This document shows positions 37,185 through 49,320 of a stretch of 64,000 nt of DNA, in pieces. Each line of letters starts with the position of its first letter. Position 1 is the stretch's first letter. Origin of the DNA: Podarcis melisellensis (taxonomy: Eukaryota); the NCBI GenBank assembly GCA_964234715.1, contig OZ174275.1, one strand, 5' to 3'. The notes under the pieces are model-generated. The model saw only the letters and a list, made by a program, of their open reading frames with translations. It did no database searches and was not told the origin of the DNA. A program made the position numbers and the translations under genes.

Positions 37185-40100
37185 TACTGTCCTCAACAGA
37201 GAAAGCAAACAATTACCGGTATTTAACCCCTTTATGTCTTTTAAAGGTTTGAAAAGTGAAATATGTTTCCTTTTTGGGATACTGTAGACTTGGCATTCGC
37301 TAATTAAAACATGTGCCCTTATGAAGAGTTTGTGCAATAGTGTTGCAAATTCCTAGTAGTGCCTATATTGGCATGGAGGCTATCGCCACATGATTCAGAA
37401 GAAAAACTTGTAATGCAGCCTGCCCTTAAGCTTATTTTCTGAAGGCTTACTGTAGATTGACTGTAGATGCAGATGTCACAAGACTACAGCCTCCCTCAGC
37501 TGCTAGGGCTGGCTTGCCTGATGGTGAAAGGCTCAGCAGGTGCAAAGCTAGCAGGAGGGAGAAGGAAGCTGTAGGTGGTGAGAGGACTGAAGTCTCTCCT
37601 CTTACCTTCTCTCTCTCTTCTTCACCTCCTTTCCACAAACAGCAGTCTCTTGGGTGCTAGTTGTGGGTTCTGCAACTATATTCAATTATCCCCATGTCTG
37701 TTGCTTACTTGCTTCTCCCCCTCTGCACTGCAGCACTTAAAAAAAAAGCAGTTCCATAATGGATGAAATTTTCTTCTATTTTTTAATAAATTTCTACAAA
37801 ATTAGAAAGGCAACTAGAGAGGGTCAAACTGCCTGAAAGGGGAAAAAAAATCATTTCACCTCAGCCACTGAAGTTCAATTAGTTTGGAGCAGTATTTTTA
37901 ATAAACAAGTTTGGTCCCTGCCAAATCTCTAGTGGACAGTGTGGCATGTTGCTAGACTTGCATAGCTTGGGTGTCATAAATCAGCATGACAACAGCTAAC
38001 ACTGAGGTTGAACTTATTCTAACGTCTTTGTCTAGGGAACAAAGGAGCACAGTAGGATTGATGCCTTTGTTGCCCTTTGGCAGCAGGTTTAGAACCTTCC
38101 CTCCCCCCCACCTTAACTTTTCCAAACTATACTAAGAAACTTCTTAAATTATCCACATGTCCATTGTAAATATTCACGTTGCTGTACTTGCTGGCTTCCC
38201 CGGGTGTTACATTGTCACTTGCGATGCAGTGCCAGCATGCTTCCCCCCCCCCCCTCAAGGTGAGAAAGAGGAACCACCAGGGAAGTTTTAATAGGTTGTC
38301 TTTATTCACATAAATTAATCTCTCTGGAAGAGACTGGAGGGGACCTGCTGCCCAAATCTGCAGCCCAGTGTCTAATAAACAGGTCGCCAGTATAGTGACT
38401 TCCAGATGTTGTTGGGCTACAACTCTTATTGATCATGCTGTCCAGTGCTGACAGGAGTTGTCTGATAACATACAGAAGCCATATTAGCTACTCCAGTCCT
38501 ATAATTTCATTGAGTTAATCAGAGTTCTCTGTTATGCAGGCACCTTTGTCCCCATGATGGAACAGGGGAGGTGAGATGTACAAGCTGAGCTGGATCAGGT
38601 TGCCCAAGTTCCATGCCTTCTTTTCCTCTTTTCTCCTCTATAAATATCCCTAGAGCAGGCTTAGGGCACTTTCAGATGACTTGCTTATTGAGCATCAATA
38701 CTGATTTGTTTGCAAAGAGATTAGACAGCATTGGCCATTTAATGGAGGCTGGATGATGTTACATCAAAGCAATTGCTATCCCACACTTTCCCAAGGCAAA
38801 AACTTCAATTTTTGTGTGGAAGCAGCTCTGTTGTGCAAGCCACTTACTTAGCTATAATTATGCAGCCTGAATTTGCTGGTGTGCAGTTGAATCCCACCTG
38901 AAACTAACAACATTCAGGAAGTGAGACAATCTTCATTAGGTTGTCCAAGCCAAGCAGCATCCCTCAGGCCATTGCAGTGCCATGGTGTATATAGGCTGAA
39001 GGGGAGAGTGAGGAGTCCACTTGCTACCATAAAACATTTACCACATGGCCATTCACTGTCTTCCTGCTCTTTTCCACTTATGAGGCCAGAGGCAGCAATG
39101 CCATGGAACATCTCCTCCATGAGCTCATCCAGTTTTATCCCACTGCTTTCCCCCAGGAAAACCCAATCTTTACTGCTGAATTGGAGCAAATGTCAACCAG
39201 GTTTTTCTCAGATTGGTGTTTGCACTAAAGAGTGGTTTTCCAGGGAAAAGTGATGGGGCAAACAGAAAACCACTGAGGCCCATGCCTAGAAAATATGGGA
39301 CAAGCAGAAAACTGCTCATACTCAAGCTTTTTAGGCACAGGACAAGGGGAAATGTAGACAATCCCAGAGTTAGAACTAGATAGGGGTGGGAGTAAATAAA
39401 AGACCCGTATAGCTTGATTAAGAGATGGATCTTGATGCTATTAGAAGAAGCTATGAAGAAGCTTGGTCAATGCTTATTGAAAGGACGATCGTATGTGGAA
39501 GGAAGTCCCACCGTGCTCAGCAGAACTCACTCACATATAGAGTGTGCACAGGACTGTGTATTTCAGCTCATTATATGATGTCTCAAAATAGTCACTGGTA
39601 GCCTTGCTTTAAGCCTTGTGTCTTGCTGCTGAAGTCTTGTGTGATGTATTGATATTCCGTACAGACACAACTTCACTTAATTTGCTTTTACTGGGAGGGA
39701 GGTAACAGAGAAGGAGAGAAACTCAGGCACTATTATGTGGCAGGTAATAGTGACACGCATGGCCGTGCTGCTGAAGATTCTGCCGTGTTATCTATAATAA
39801 TAAATTCCAGCTTTGGATTCTGCTGCCATGTGATTTTACACTGAGCTCCTTTCTCTTTGAGCATATGGCAACATTAGTGGGGAATCCATAACTATACTCT
39901 GGTGTCCCATCATCTTTGTGAAAACTGCATTGCAATGTTTTCTCTCCATAAATAAAGTACGCTGAAGTAGGCTATCCCTGGCATAAAGGGGGTGGGAGGG
40001 GACATAACAATTTAATGATGGAGACATCAACAAGAAAATTTTGGGCTGTATTCAGTGCAGCACTAAGGCACTGCTAAATCTGTTCTGTGAATCCACTTGG

Positions 40101-41699
40101 TGCCCTTATAGAAAATATCCAGCAATGGAAGGGGAGCCAATGCATATTTTGCAGATTTAGAAGGCTGCAAGGGGGGATTTGGCAAGAATGTCCTTCCCTT
40201 TTCCTGCATTAGTGGATGCCTCTGCTGAGCTAAAAGCCCTTCTGTGAGTGCATCTGAACCCCACCCAATAGCAATCATGTATAGGTGGAGCATCATGCAT
40301 GTCAATCTGTCCAATATATTTATCTTAATCCACTTTGGTGATGGTCTAATAAAAGTCAGAGTTTAAGTGGTCTTTATGCCTTGTCTTGAGATCTCACACT
40401 ATGATGAGTGAGAACTAACAGGCATGGCTCCTCAAGCAGCCGAGTATATGAATGTGACATATTTCTAAGTTGTCAGCAATAGACAGAGGATCTCATTAAA
40501 AGTTTAGAGCCCAATCCCAATTATAGCTCAGAGTAGTTGTCAAATGTCATAGCCATGTCTGAGGTGTCCAGGAAATAATTTCTCTATAAGAGAAGAGGTA
40601 ATTTGGTGTCATAATGGCCAGGAATTCATTGCACTCAATAATATTGAGACCTTTCACTGCCTTTTCTTGTTCTGCATACCTGAGCTTATGGAATGTCACT
40701 AAAGGTTTTCAGTGCACTGAACTTTCTCTTTAGTTAAAATCATTTGTGGGTGTGGCAAGGTGAGAGAAGAATCCTCATTTATTTCTCCAGCATTCTTCTG
40801 ACTACAATTAAGGACAGGTGATGACATGCATAAGACATCTATTGTCCACTGTCTTGAAAATGCAGGGCCTTTGTATTTTCTCAAACAGGAGGGGGAAAGC
40901 CTGCATATGCTGCAGTGTGCCTTGAACATTTTAATGCCCAGAAGGGACAAAGAAGCCCTTCTGGATTGGGGCCCACACATCCTATTTCTAAGTGTAAGGG
41001 AACTGTTCAAGGTCTGCTTACCTTGGTGTGACACTGTGATACTACAGGGATGGCTGTCCGTAACTGAGAGGGTGTGGGGGACCTTAACCCTTTTCTCGCC
41101 AGAATCTAGACTATAATAGGTTTTAAAAAATCATCTGATTGACAATTTGTTTATTAACTGCTTTCCTTACTAAAGTGGCCCACAGTGACTTACAAAAATA
41201 GTATAAACACTAAAACTAAACGTCACACATTTTTCATAAAATCGAAGGTTAGAAATTGGGCAGCCGATCAGAGTTGTGTCCCTGTTTATGTCATAGCTCC
41301 CCAGAATATATTCATTCTTATCAAGGTTGCCCACACAGTGCAAATAGCTGTGAAACATATCTCATCCCTATCCATAACACTATAACATACTTACGGTGCA
41401 GTCCTATGCATGCCGATTCCAAAGTTCAATGAGTCCCAGGTAAGTGTCTTGAGGATTCCAGCCTTAATGGATTTCAAACATTGTACAGACACACACATAA
41501 AGGCATAAAATTATGTTATAATTTGATCTCATAAGTCCTCTCCAAAGGATATGTCACTTGCTATTGTTTCTAGGCCTAGATTGCGGTAAATACAGCACCT
41601 GACAAATGCCTCCTCAGTCATTATTACTTTGGGATGCTATTCACAGGCAGATTAGTTTTTTATTTGTTTTATTTGTTTTATTTGATGGTTTCCCATCAG

Positions 41700-41990
41700 C
41701 TAATAACAGTTACTAAATCTGGACAGCAAACAGAGGATTTATATAATTTGGAACATGTACCTAGAGGAAGTAAACATCGGATAATGGTTACTTCAACAGC
41801 AAGAAGACCAATAGACATTCATTAGAAAAACCTAATGGAAGAATTAGCTATAATTCAGAGCATCTCAGTGGGAAAGTCTAAAAACTGTGTATACAAAAGC
41901 AGGTATTAAGACAACCAGTCTGCAAATATGCCAAAGAAAATTCACTTCATAAGACTGTATTGCGTGTAATTTTGAAGAAAATGAATTTAC
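41700..41990 (+). mobile_element. Degraded L1 ORF2 C-terminal fragment
   Basis: Translates with a stop as IMVTSTARRPIDIH*KN, resembling the AAR...I..HW(K/R) motif of the L1 at 46158. A-rich sense strand. Confidence 0.35.
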
Positions 41991-42760
41991 TAGAAAATAT
42001 TATGCCATTTCAAAAGAATAAACACAACAGTTAAGGATTGGTGTGTGAGTGTATGTGCATCTCTGTTTGTTTCATTGTGTGTATATATAGGTACAGAAGG
42101 AGATGTGATAGACAATCAACAGTGCAAACATAGCATAGTTTTGCCTAGAATCCTGAGATTCTTGGCTTCATTTTAATGACAAAGCAAGGTTGGAAGATCT
42201 GGAAAAAAACATTGGCAGTCCTGAGTAAAATCTTACTAATCAGAGTGACTTCTTACCATGCCAGAGCAAATTGTGACATCAAGCCAAATGCAGCCCACCA
42301 ACCATTTATTTTTGTGGTCCACCAGGACTTGCACACTGTTCTGTTTGCAGTCCCAGAGAGATGGCAAAAACAGAAGGTCCCTGATAAGGTGGACCACAGG
42401 CATACTAGTTCCCCCCCCCCCAAATAAATGCTTTTATGACTTTCAGGCTTTGAGTGGTTTTCAACTAAGTTTTAGACAGAGTAGATCCATTGAAATCTGA
42501 GCACATAACTAGGTTAGGTCAAGTAACATCAGTCTCTGATGTGTCAGAAGGTAAGTTCTTATTACCTGTGATCTAACCCATCAGTATTGTAGTTTGTATA
42601 AGGCTTTTCCCAAAGCAGCAGGGTTAGCTTGCTTGGCTTAACTGAAAAGCTTAGTTATGATGCTTGTGTGAACTGTAATATTTTGTCTTGCCAAATATTA
42701 GATCACACAGCTAGGCAGGCAATTGCAAGTCTTTTTTTGTGTTTACGAATATATTACATA

Positions 42761-42769
42761 GTGTGTGTA

Positions 42770-42808
<39 letters not shown>
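42761..42808. repeat. (GT)n(GA)n compound microsatellite
   Basis: Seen directly. Confidence 0.9.
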
Positions 42809-43577
42809 TTTTCATGCAGAATGTTGAAGATTGTTAGTTGCCTTGAGTATCTTAGTAGTTATTGCTCAAATTGTGACCATGCATATGTTACCATATTCAA
42901 GTTTGATGCTATTTTTTTCCCTTTCGTTTTTCTCTATATTTTAAATGTTAACATCTTATTTTTGGCTGATGCATAACTGACCACCCTGCTTCAAAATTTC
43001 AAAAGAAATAGGCTGCTGTTTGCAGATATCTCCAGGACAATTCATTGTGGAAGGTGTTCCACTGCAGGGTTTCTGGGACTCCATTCAACCATGAACACTT
43101 TGGAAGCATCTCCACCATCAAAAGAGAGCTAAGCCCCACTGCACACACTCAGTCTCTTGCAGGCTCTTGCATTTGGAACATGGCCTAGATCTCTCAAATG
43201 TATTGTAGGATAATATGCACACAGCGGGCTGTAGATGCTTACCTCCTTGAGATTCTGCCAAGCGGCCTGTCTGTGCAGATACGTACTTTCATAGTGCAAT
43301 AAATAACAATATAACATTGTAATTCTTGAGGCTGGCGTAACTATTTTGATCAGACTTTGCACAGCTTGTGACCATGTAGCTCAATCAGTCATGCAGCCTC
43401 TCAGGTTCTCAGTAAGCCCCACAGTCTCTGGAGTAATACTAGGGCAGGCAGCAAAATCAAGAGCCTTAATGAGATGCCAGGTAGGCTGCCATATGCTGTC
43501 AATGGGCTGCATTCAACTTAATGGGTCTCTTAGCCACACAGACTTGATTTAGCTATATGTACACGGGAAGCTGCCTT

Positions 43578-43921
43578 GTTGTTGTTGTTGTTTAGTTGTT
43601 TAGTCGTGTCCAACTCTTTGAGACCTCATGGACCAGAGCACGCCAGGCACTCCTGTCTTCCACTGCCTTCTGCAGTTTGGTCAAACTTATGCTGGTAGCT
43701 TTGAGAACACTGTCCAACCATCTCATCCCCTGTTGTCCCCTTCTCCTTGTGCCCTTCATCTTTCCCAACATCAGGGTCTTTTCCAGGGAGTCTTCTCTTC
43801 TCATAAGGTGGCCAAAGCATTCGAGCCTCAGCTTCAGGATCTGTCCTTCCAGTGAGCACTCAGGGCTGATTTCCTTAAGAATGGATAGATTTGATCTTCT
43901 TGCAAACCATGGGACTCTCAA
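43578..43921 (-). mobile_element. BovB (RTE) LINE, 5'-truncated 3' end
   Basis: ORF ...NLSILKEISPECSLEGQILKLRLECFGHLMRREDSLEKTLMLGK...RRRGQQGMRWLD matches the BovB ORF C-terminus. (CAA)n tail and perfect 11-bp TSD GAAGCTGCCTT (43567-43577 / 43922-43932). Confidence 0.93.
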
Positions 43922-45346
43922 GAAGCTGCCTTATAATGAATCAAATGGTTGGTTCACTAGTGCAGCTCTCCAATCTCTCTGGCTAAGACCTTTCACAAGT
44001 TGCAGTCATTTCAGTGGAGATGGCAGGGTCTGAAGCTAGTGGCACATGCATGCACACTGCCACTGACCTAGATTAGCACCTATTAATTCACATTATGCTA
44101 GTTATCTAATTTAATGTCATATTGGACTCAAGTGTAAATCATTGTAGCAGAGTATCTTAAAATGTTTTCCCTTAGTGTGCTTATTTTAATGAGAAAACAC
44201 GAGCCTTAAACCATTTCATAATTAAGCAAATCCCAAATCTTCTGAAATCTCTTCTGTTCTGTCCCAGATAGCTATACTGATGGAGGACCAAGGAGGCCAC
44301 TGTTATGGCCTCCTGAAACATAATTGTATTCACCCAGCAGGTGCTGCATTAGCTTGAAATACCTTGGCCGTAATGCTATAATCAATAACCTATGTGGATT
44401 TTGTAATAAACTGTTAAATGAGCTTGAGTAGATAACAAAATAGAGATTTGGGCAGATGGTATTAATGGGAATAACAAGTAAAAGTTCTTTTGCAATTACA
44501 TGGTCTAAAGTCGGTGAAAACCGTTTCTTCAATTAACACTTCCAATCAACCTCATATTAAATTCAGTTAATTAAAACTTTTAGTAATCCTCACACAAAAG
44601 AGGTTAGCACCATAGCTCGAAGACACAAAACTGGATGTTACATGAGGTGTAAGAAATGATATTATTATGAAGGAGTACAGGACCCTTAAACAATTAAACA
44701 GTATTTTGTTATTTTTTGTATGTCACTTTAACAAAAGTGTATAGACTTGCTCTTTCAATGTTTGAATTGTCATTTATTGGTATCTACGATGTCCCAGAGG
44801 AAGACACACCTTTGAGATGTCTCTATTGATGCACATAATTTATTTAGGCATGTGAAATTGACAGTGTTGCCATAGACCATCAGTTCATTCCTATACAGTT
44901 TCCAATATAGTGCAATGTGTGATGGAGGCAGGAGATTCCCCTTTCCCCCTTTCCCTTTTAAAGGAATTGCTATACCTTTTCTCCCAATGTACACTATTTC
45001 CATTTCATTATCTAATTTATTTACATTTTTTCAGATTGTCTTAAAACTCCTTGCACTGCTTTGCCTAAATCACAACAGTTTTGGTTAATTTTGCTAAAGG
45101 CAAAAGCAAGAAACAAATTGTTACACTTCACTGTATCCTTCTTATCAAAAAGAGCACCTTTCCTTTGCAGGATTTACCCCCAAAAAAGTCATCTATGAAC
45201 CTACCTCTTTAATTGTGATTGAGTGAGAGAACAAACAGGCAGAACAAGTGAAGGATAACCCATGTATTACGTTGACATATTTGTTATATAGACTATAAAG
45301 AGGACTGATTCCTCCTCCCAGTAGTTACCTAGGGCTGCCCTATAAC

Positions 45347-45453
45347 CAGGATGGGGAACTGGTATAGGACTCATTTGCCATCAACCCAAGCCAACATGGC
45401 TGATGGGAGCTGTAATCCAAAAGTATCTGGAGGGCCACAAGTCCCTCACCTGC
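45347..45453. mobile_element. hAT MITE (same core family), degraded
   Basis: caggatggggaac...gctgatgggagctgtaatccaaaagtatctggagggccacaagtccctcacctg. Confidence 0.6.
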
Positions 45454-45775
45454 ATTTTATAATGCAAAATTTGGACATTGGACATTGTTATTTGGGAAAT
45501 GCCATAGCTGCATGAAACCATCAGCATCCTGATCCAGCAAGGGAGATTACCATATGAAAATTGGGCTTTGCCCAGATAGCCAATGTGCATGTGGATCTGA
45601 ACATCTTTGTTCAGGCCTATTGAACCGTTTGGGTGCTATTGCTGAAGTGCATTCCTATCGAGAGCCACAAATTGACCACAGCACCTGTGTGCCTGCTCTG
45701 TCTGCTGTCTAAGTACTAATAGTTGATGGACAACTTCAAAACCCCTGCTCTACCTTTCTCATGCTTCTTTGCCTT

Positions 45776-46495
45776 TATTTTTTTAAAAAATATTTTATTA
45801 AGGGTTTTCTTGTTTTACAGAGGTAAGTGTAATGCCTCGTATTTCCCCCCCCCCCTGTAACATTTTTACAAATCTGTTTCATTTGTTGAGGCATTGGGGG
45901 AGAAGAAAAGAAAAAAAGAAAAGGGAAAAAAAGAAAGGGGGTGGAGGGAGGGGAGATGGATGGGGGTGGGGTCGGGTAGCGGTGTTTCTATTATGCTTAA
46001 TGTATGTAGAGTTTGGTGTCAGCATGCTTGCGTTGTTCACTTGTGTTCCTTTGGTGGTGAGAGAGGTTGGGGTTGGCCTAGGGTGTGATTGTTTGTTTGT
46101 GATTGGCTGTGGTGATCTTTGTTTTCGTGTGTGAGTGAGGTGGGTGGGTGTTTTGGATCAGGTTAGCCATATTGATTTGTATGCTGTTAGTGGATTATTG
46201 TCATTGTCCTGTTGGGCTGTGTATGTGATAAAGGGGAGCCATACCGGGGTGAAGGTGTCTTCTTCTGTTTGTCCCCGTGTCAGTTTCAGTTTATTAGTTA
46301 ATTTTTCTAGTAGGGCTGTTTCCCATACTATTTGGTACCATTGGTCCATGCTTACTCCTGACAGGTCTCTCCAGTGTCTGGTTATGGTGTTTCTGGCTGC
46401 TGAAAGTAGGTGGGTTATGAGTTCTTTGTGGTGTAAATGGGCATTGTTGTCTTGGAAGATGTTTAGTAGGGCCAATTCTGGGGTGAAGTCTAATA
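45776..46495 (-). mobile_element. L1-clade LINE, 5'-truncated (ORF2 C-terminus, 3'UTR, A-rich tail)
   Basis: ORF ...ELALLNIF...LITHLLSAARNTITRHWRD...QWYQIVWETALLEKLT...FTPVWLPFITY resembles the non-mammalian L1 ORF2 end. AATAAA and an A-rich tail lie on the minus strand at about 45776-45800. Confidence 0.82.
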
Positions 46496-47791
46496 CTGGA
46501 CTTAGCCTGGATTCCTTCTGGCAGAAATTCAAATCAAGGGTTGTCCTCTGTAAAGTTGTACATATGGGCATCCTAGTTTCCTGCTTGCCTAATCCCAGTG
46601 CCAAAGTGATTACTTCCCACACCAGTTTCCCAATGGCTGAGGCAATGCTGGCATGGAAAGGGGTCGTTTTGTTAGCTCCTCTCACTTGACTTTATATTAT
46701 TGTATAACCTGTACCTAGACTGTCACACTTCAGTCTAAAATTCTCTCCAGAAATCTTTATTTGTAGCGAGAAGCATTCAGCCATGTGAGTCATCCACCTA
46801 TAACCTGAAGTTGTGCAGTCAAGATTCCTGTTTAGCACTTCATCTCCCACATGTGAGAAATAGAATGGTTGTCTTGTTAACTCATACCGGCACCTTCTGA
46901 GCCTTTGTCTGCTTACTCAGAAGTAAGTGCCATGAAGTTCAGTAGAACTTCCTCCCTCATTAGTAGGTTTAGTACTGCTGTGCTAATATAAGAATGCAAC
47001 AAAAGCTGGTTGCCAGGAAAAAAAGCACAACAGATTAGAATGCCACTTATTTAAGTGACTATTTCCGTATAAAATAATTTATTGCACAAATTGGAAAGCA
47101 TCAAATGCTTCCCTAGCATTCCAGTGACTGGCATGCATCTTTGTTCCTACTAGTACCTTGGGAATTCTTTTCCCTTTTCAGTGAAAGGTTTTAGGGCACC
47201 CCCCCACACACACACCTTTTGACACTTTGACAGCTTACAGATTCACACTGGAATATTGTTATCTTTTTCATGATACAATCGGCTGCAATGTCATCACAGC
47301 ATAGGGTGAGCTGAGGGGGGTTGAGTTCACAATGCGCCTTCTGCAAGATGCTACTTAATGCGTTTTATAAAATCCACTGGTGATATATATGCCAGTGATT
47401 TCTAATGAACCTAAGTTGGTCAACATGAGTAATTGCCTTTATACCAACACCAAAACCCCCCACATTATTTCTGTTTTCATTGCAGACAGTAAAGAGGGCA
47501 ATCAACTCTATATTTTTAGAATCAGGAATCTAATATTTTATATATGCAATGGTTGTTCTCAAACTGTGAATTACTTCAATTCATTTGCCATATAATAATT
47601 TTTATTTCTGACATTGATACAGTTTGACATTAAATATGCTTTTCTGGTTTCATAGCTTTTAATCTACATCCCCTTCCTGTTTATATTATTGCTGTTGGAT
47701 TTGACTTCTAAAACCTAAACATTCGTAAATTGGGAGCCAATCTAAAATTGCTGCAAGACACATAGTATGCCCTCTGCTACCTATACCACTC

Positions 47792-47911
47792 ATCATAGAA
47801 TTGTAGCATTGCAAGGGACCACCCCCTACAATGTAGGTATCTTTTGCCCAATGTGGGGCATGAACCCACAACCCTGAGGTTAAAAGTCTCAGGCTCTACC
47901 ACCTGAGCTAT
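47792..47911 (-). mobile_element. tRNA-Lys-derived SINE with CR1-type tail (Squam2-like)
   Basis: Minus strand tagctcaggtggtagagcctgagacttttaacctcagggttgtgggttcatgccccacattgggc resembles tRNA-Lys and ends in the CR1 terminal motif ttctatgat. Confidence 0.8.
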
Positions 47912-49074
47912 TATGTAGGTGTGTAATCATGTCCCTGAATGCCGCCCCACTTCAAAGTCTCCTTGTGTGAGCAATGCAAGCACATTAGGGGAAAGAGTCC
48001 TCAGTTCTGCTGAATATTTGCATTCCACAGAGTTCCACAGAATTCAAGTATGTTCACCTGAGATCAGCTGGTCTTCCCTCAGTATGTTAAGGACTGCAGC
48101 AAGAAGCTGCCATCCTGCAGCTACTTGCGGCCACAAATGTCCTAGTGATTACAATGGGAACTAGGGACACATAACTCTGAACATGACTGAAACCCTAAGA
48201 GTACAATCTAGCATATTTAAGGTTCCATTGATGAGATTTAAACGGATCTAATTGTGCACTAGATAGCACCCTCTGGGCAGCATCAATCACATAGCTTGCT
48301 CTGTCACCACCATTCATTTCATAACTCCCTAGTGCTTTGTGGATTATTCCTTGAACGTTTTAAAGAGCTGATTTCTGGCAAAACACGAAGATGGGAGAGC
48401 AGCCTTTACCGTTTTGACAATATCAAGGAACTTAGTTTCTTATTTTCAAACCTGGATGTTTAATTAATTCTGCAAAATGGTACTTATTATAAATTTAATG
48501 GAAGCTATTTTTTATGGGACAGTTTAATATGCTTGTGTGCTAAATATACACAGGTGCTCGAAATGTATTTCATCTGACCCATTAAACTATCAAAGGTAGT
48601 TGTGCTTGAGTTCCATCATGAATTTGTGAGCTATAATGTTTAACTGATAGCCCCCTAGATTCCATACCCTGCTGTAACAGCCTATAACTATCTACCCAGG
48701 CAAAAAGTGAGTAGCACACTCTATTAGTGGTTCATTTGCTTTGTTTTCAGGAAGAGCCAGCCAAGACTGATTGCCAATGGCAGACACTGTGTCTGACTTT
48801 ACCATCAGCCCCACAGGGGCTTAAAAGGAATGTTGCCTAAGGTGGCAGGCCTGCTACTGCCAGGGTCACCACAAATAGGTTGACACCAAAGGAATTTGTC
48901 CTTAAGAAGTCTCTTTGAGAGACACTAGGGCGAGGACAGCACCCCTTAGTAATTCTGACTCCCTGATTGGGCTGAATTCTTGGTGAGAGGCAGGAGCAAC
49001 CGGAAGTGTGTGTGTATGTGTCTGACCAAGCCTTTTGGTAACAGAGAGAATTGCTGGGGAATTATGACCTAGTA

Positions 49075-49320
49075 CATATCCTCCAACACATCAAAGACAA
49101 AAACTGGGATGCCATTTTCCATTTTTTTCTTACAAGAGGATGGCAGCCATTTTGGGCATTGTGATCTCACACCATTTCACACCCTGAAAAAAAATAGTTT
49201 TTTGGGGGAGGGAGGGTTGTGGTGCGAAATCGTACGAGATCATGGTGCCCAAAATGGCCGCCATCCTATCATGAGAAAAAACAGGATGTCCTGGTTTTTC
49301 TGGGATACTTGCAGGGTATG
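49075..49320. mobile_element. Foldback/palindromic MITE, superfamily uncertain
   Basis: Termini catatcctccaa / ttgcagggtatg with GTA on both flanks. Internal arms ggatggcagccattttgggcattgtgatctc and gagatcatggtgcccaaaatggccgccatcc. Confidence 0.7.

Noticed and set aside
42540-42557. Possible 3-nt microexon cag|AAG|gtaagt
   Set aside because: Poor pyrimidine tract and no evidence of use; such matches are common by chance.
46135-46689. 184-aa plus-strand ORF
   Set aside because: Antisense shadow of the L1 ORF2 fragment.
47840-47911. tRNA-Lys gene
   Set aside because: Degenerate T-loop and stems, and fused to a CR1-type tail, so it is a SINE head.
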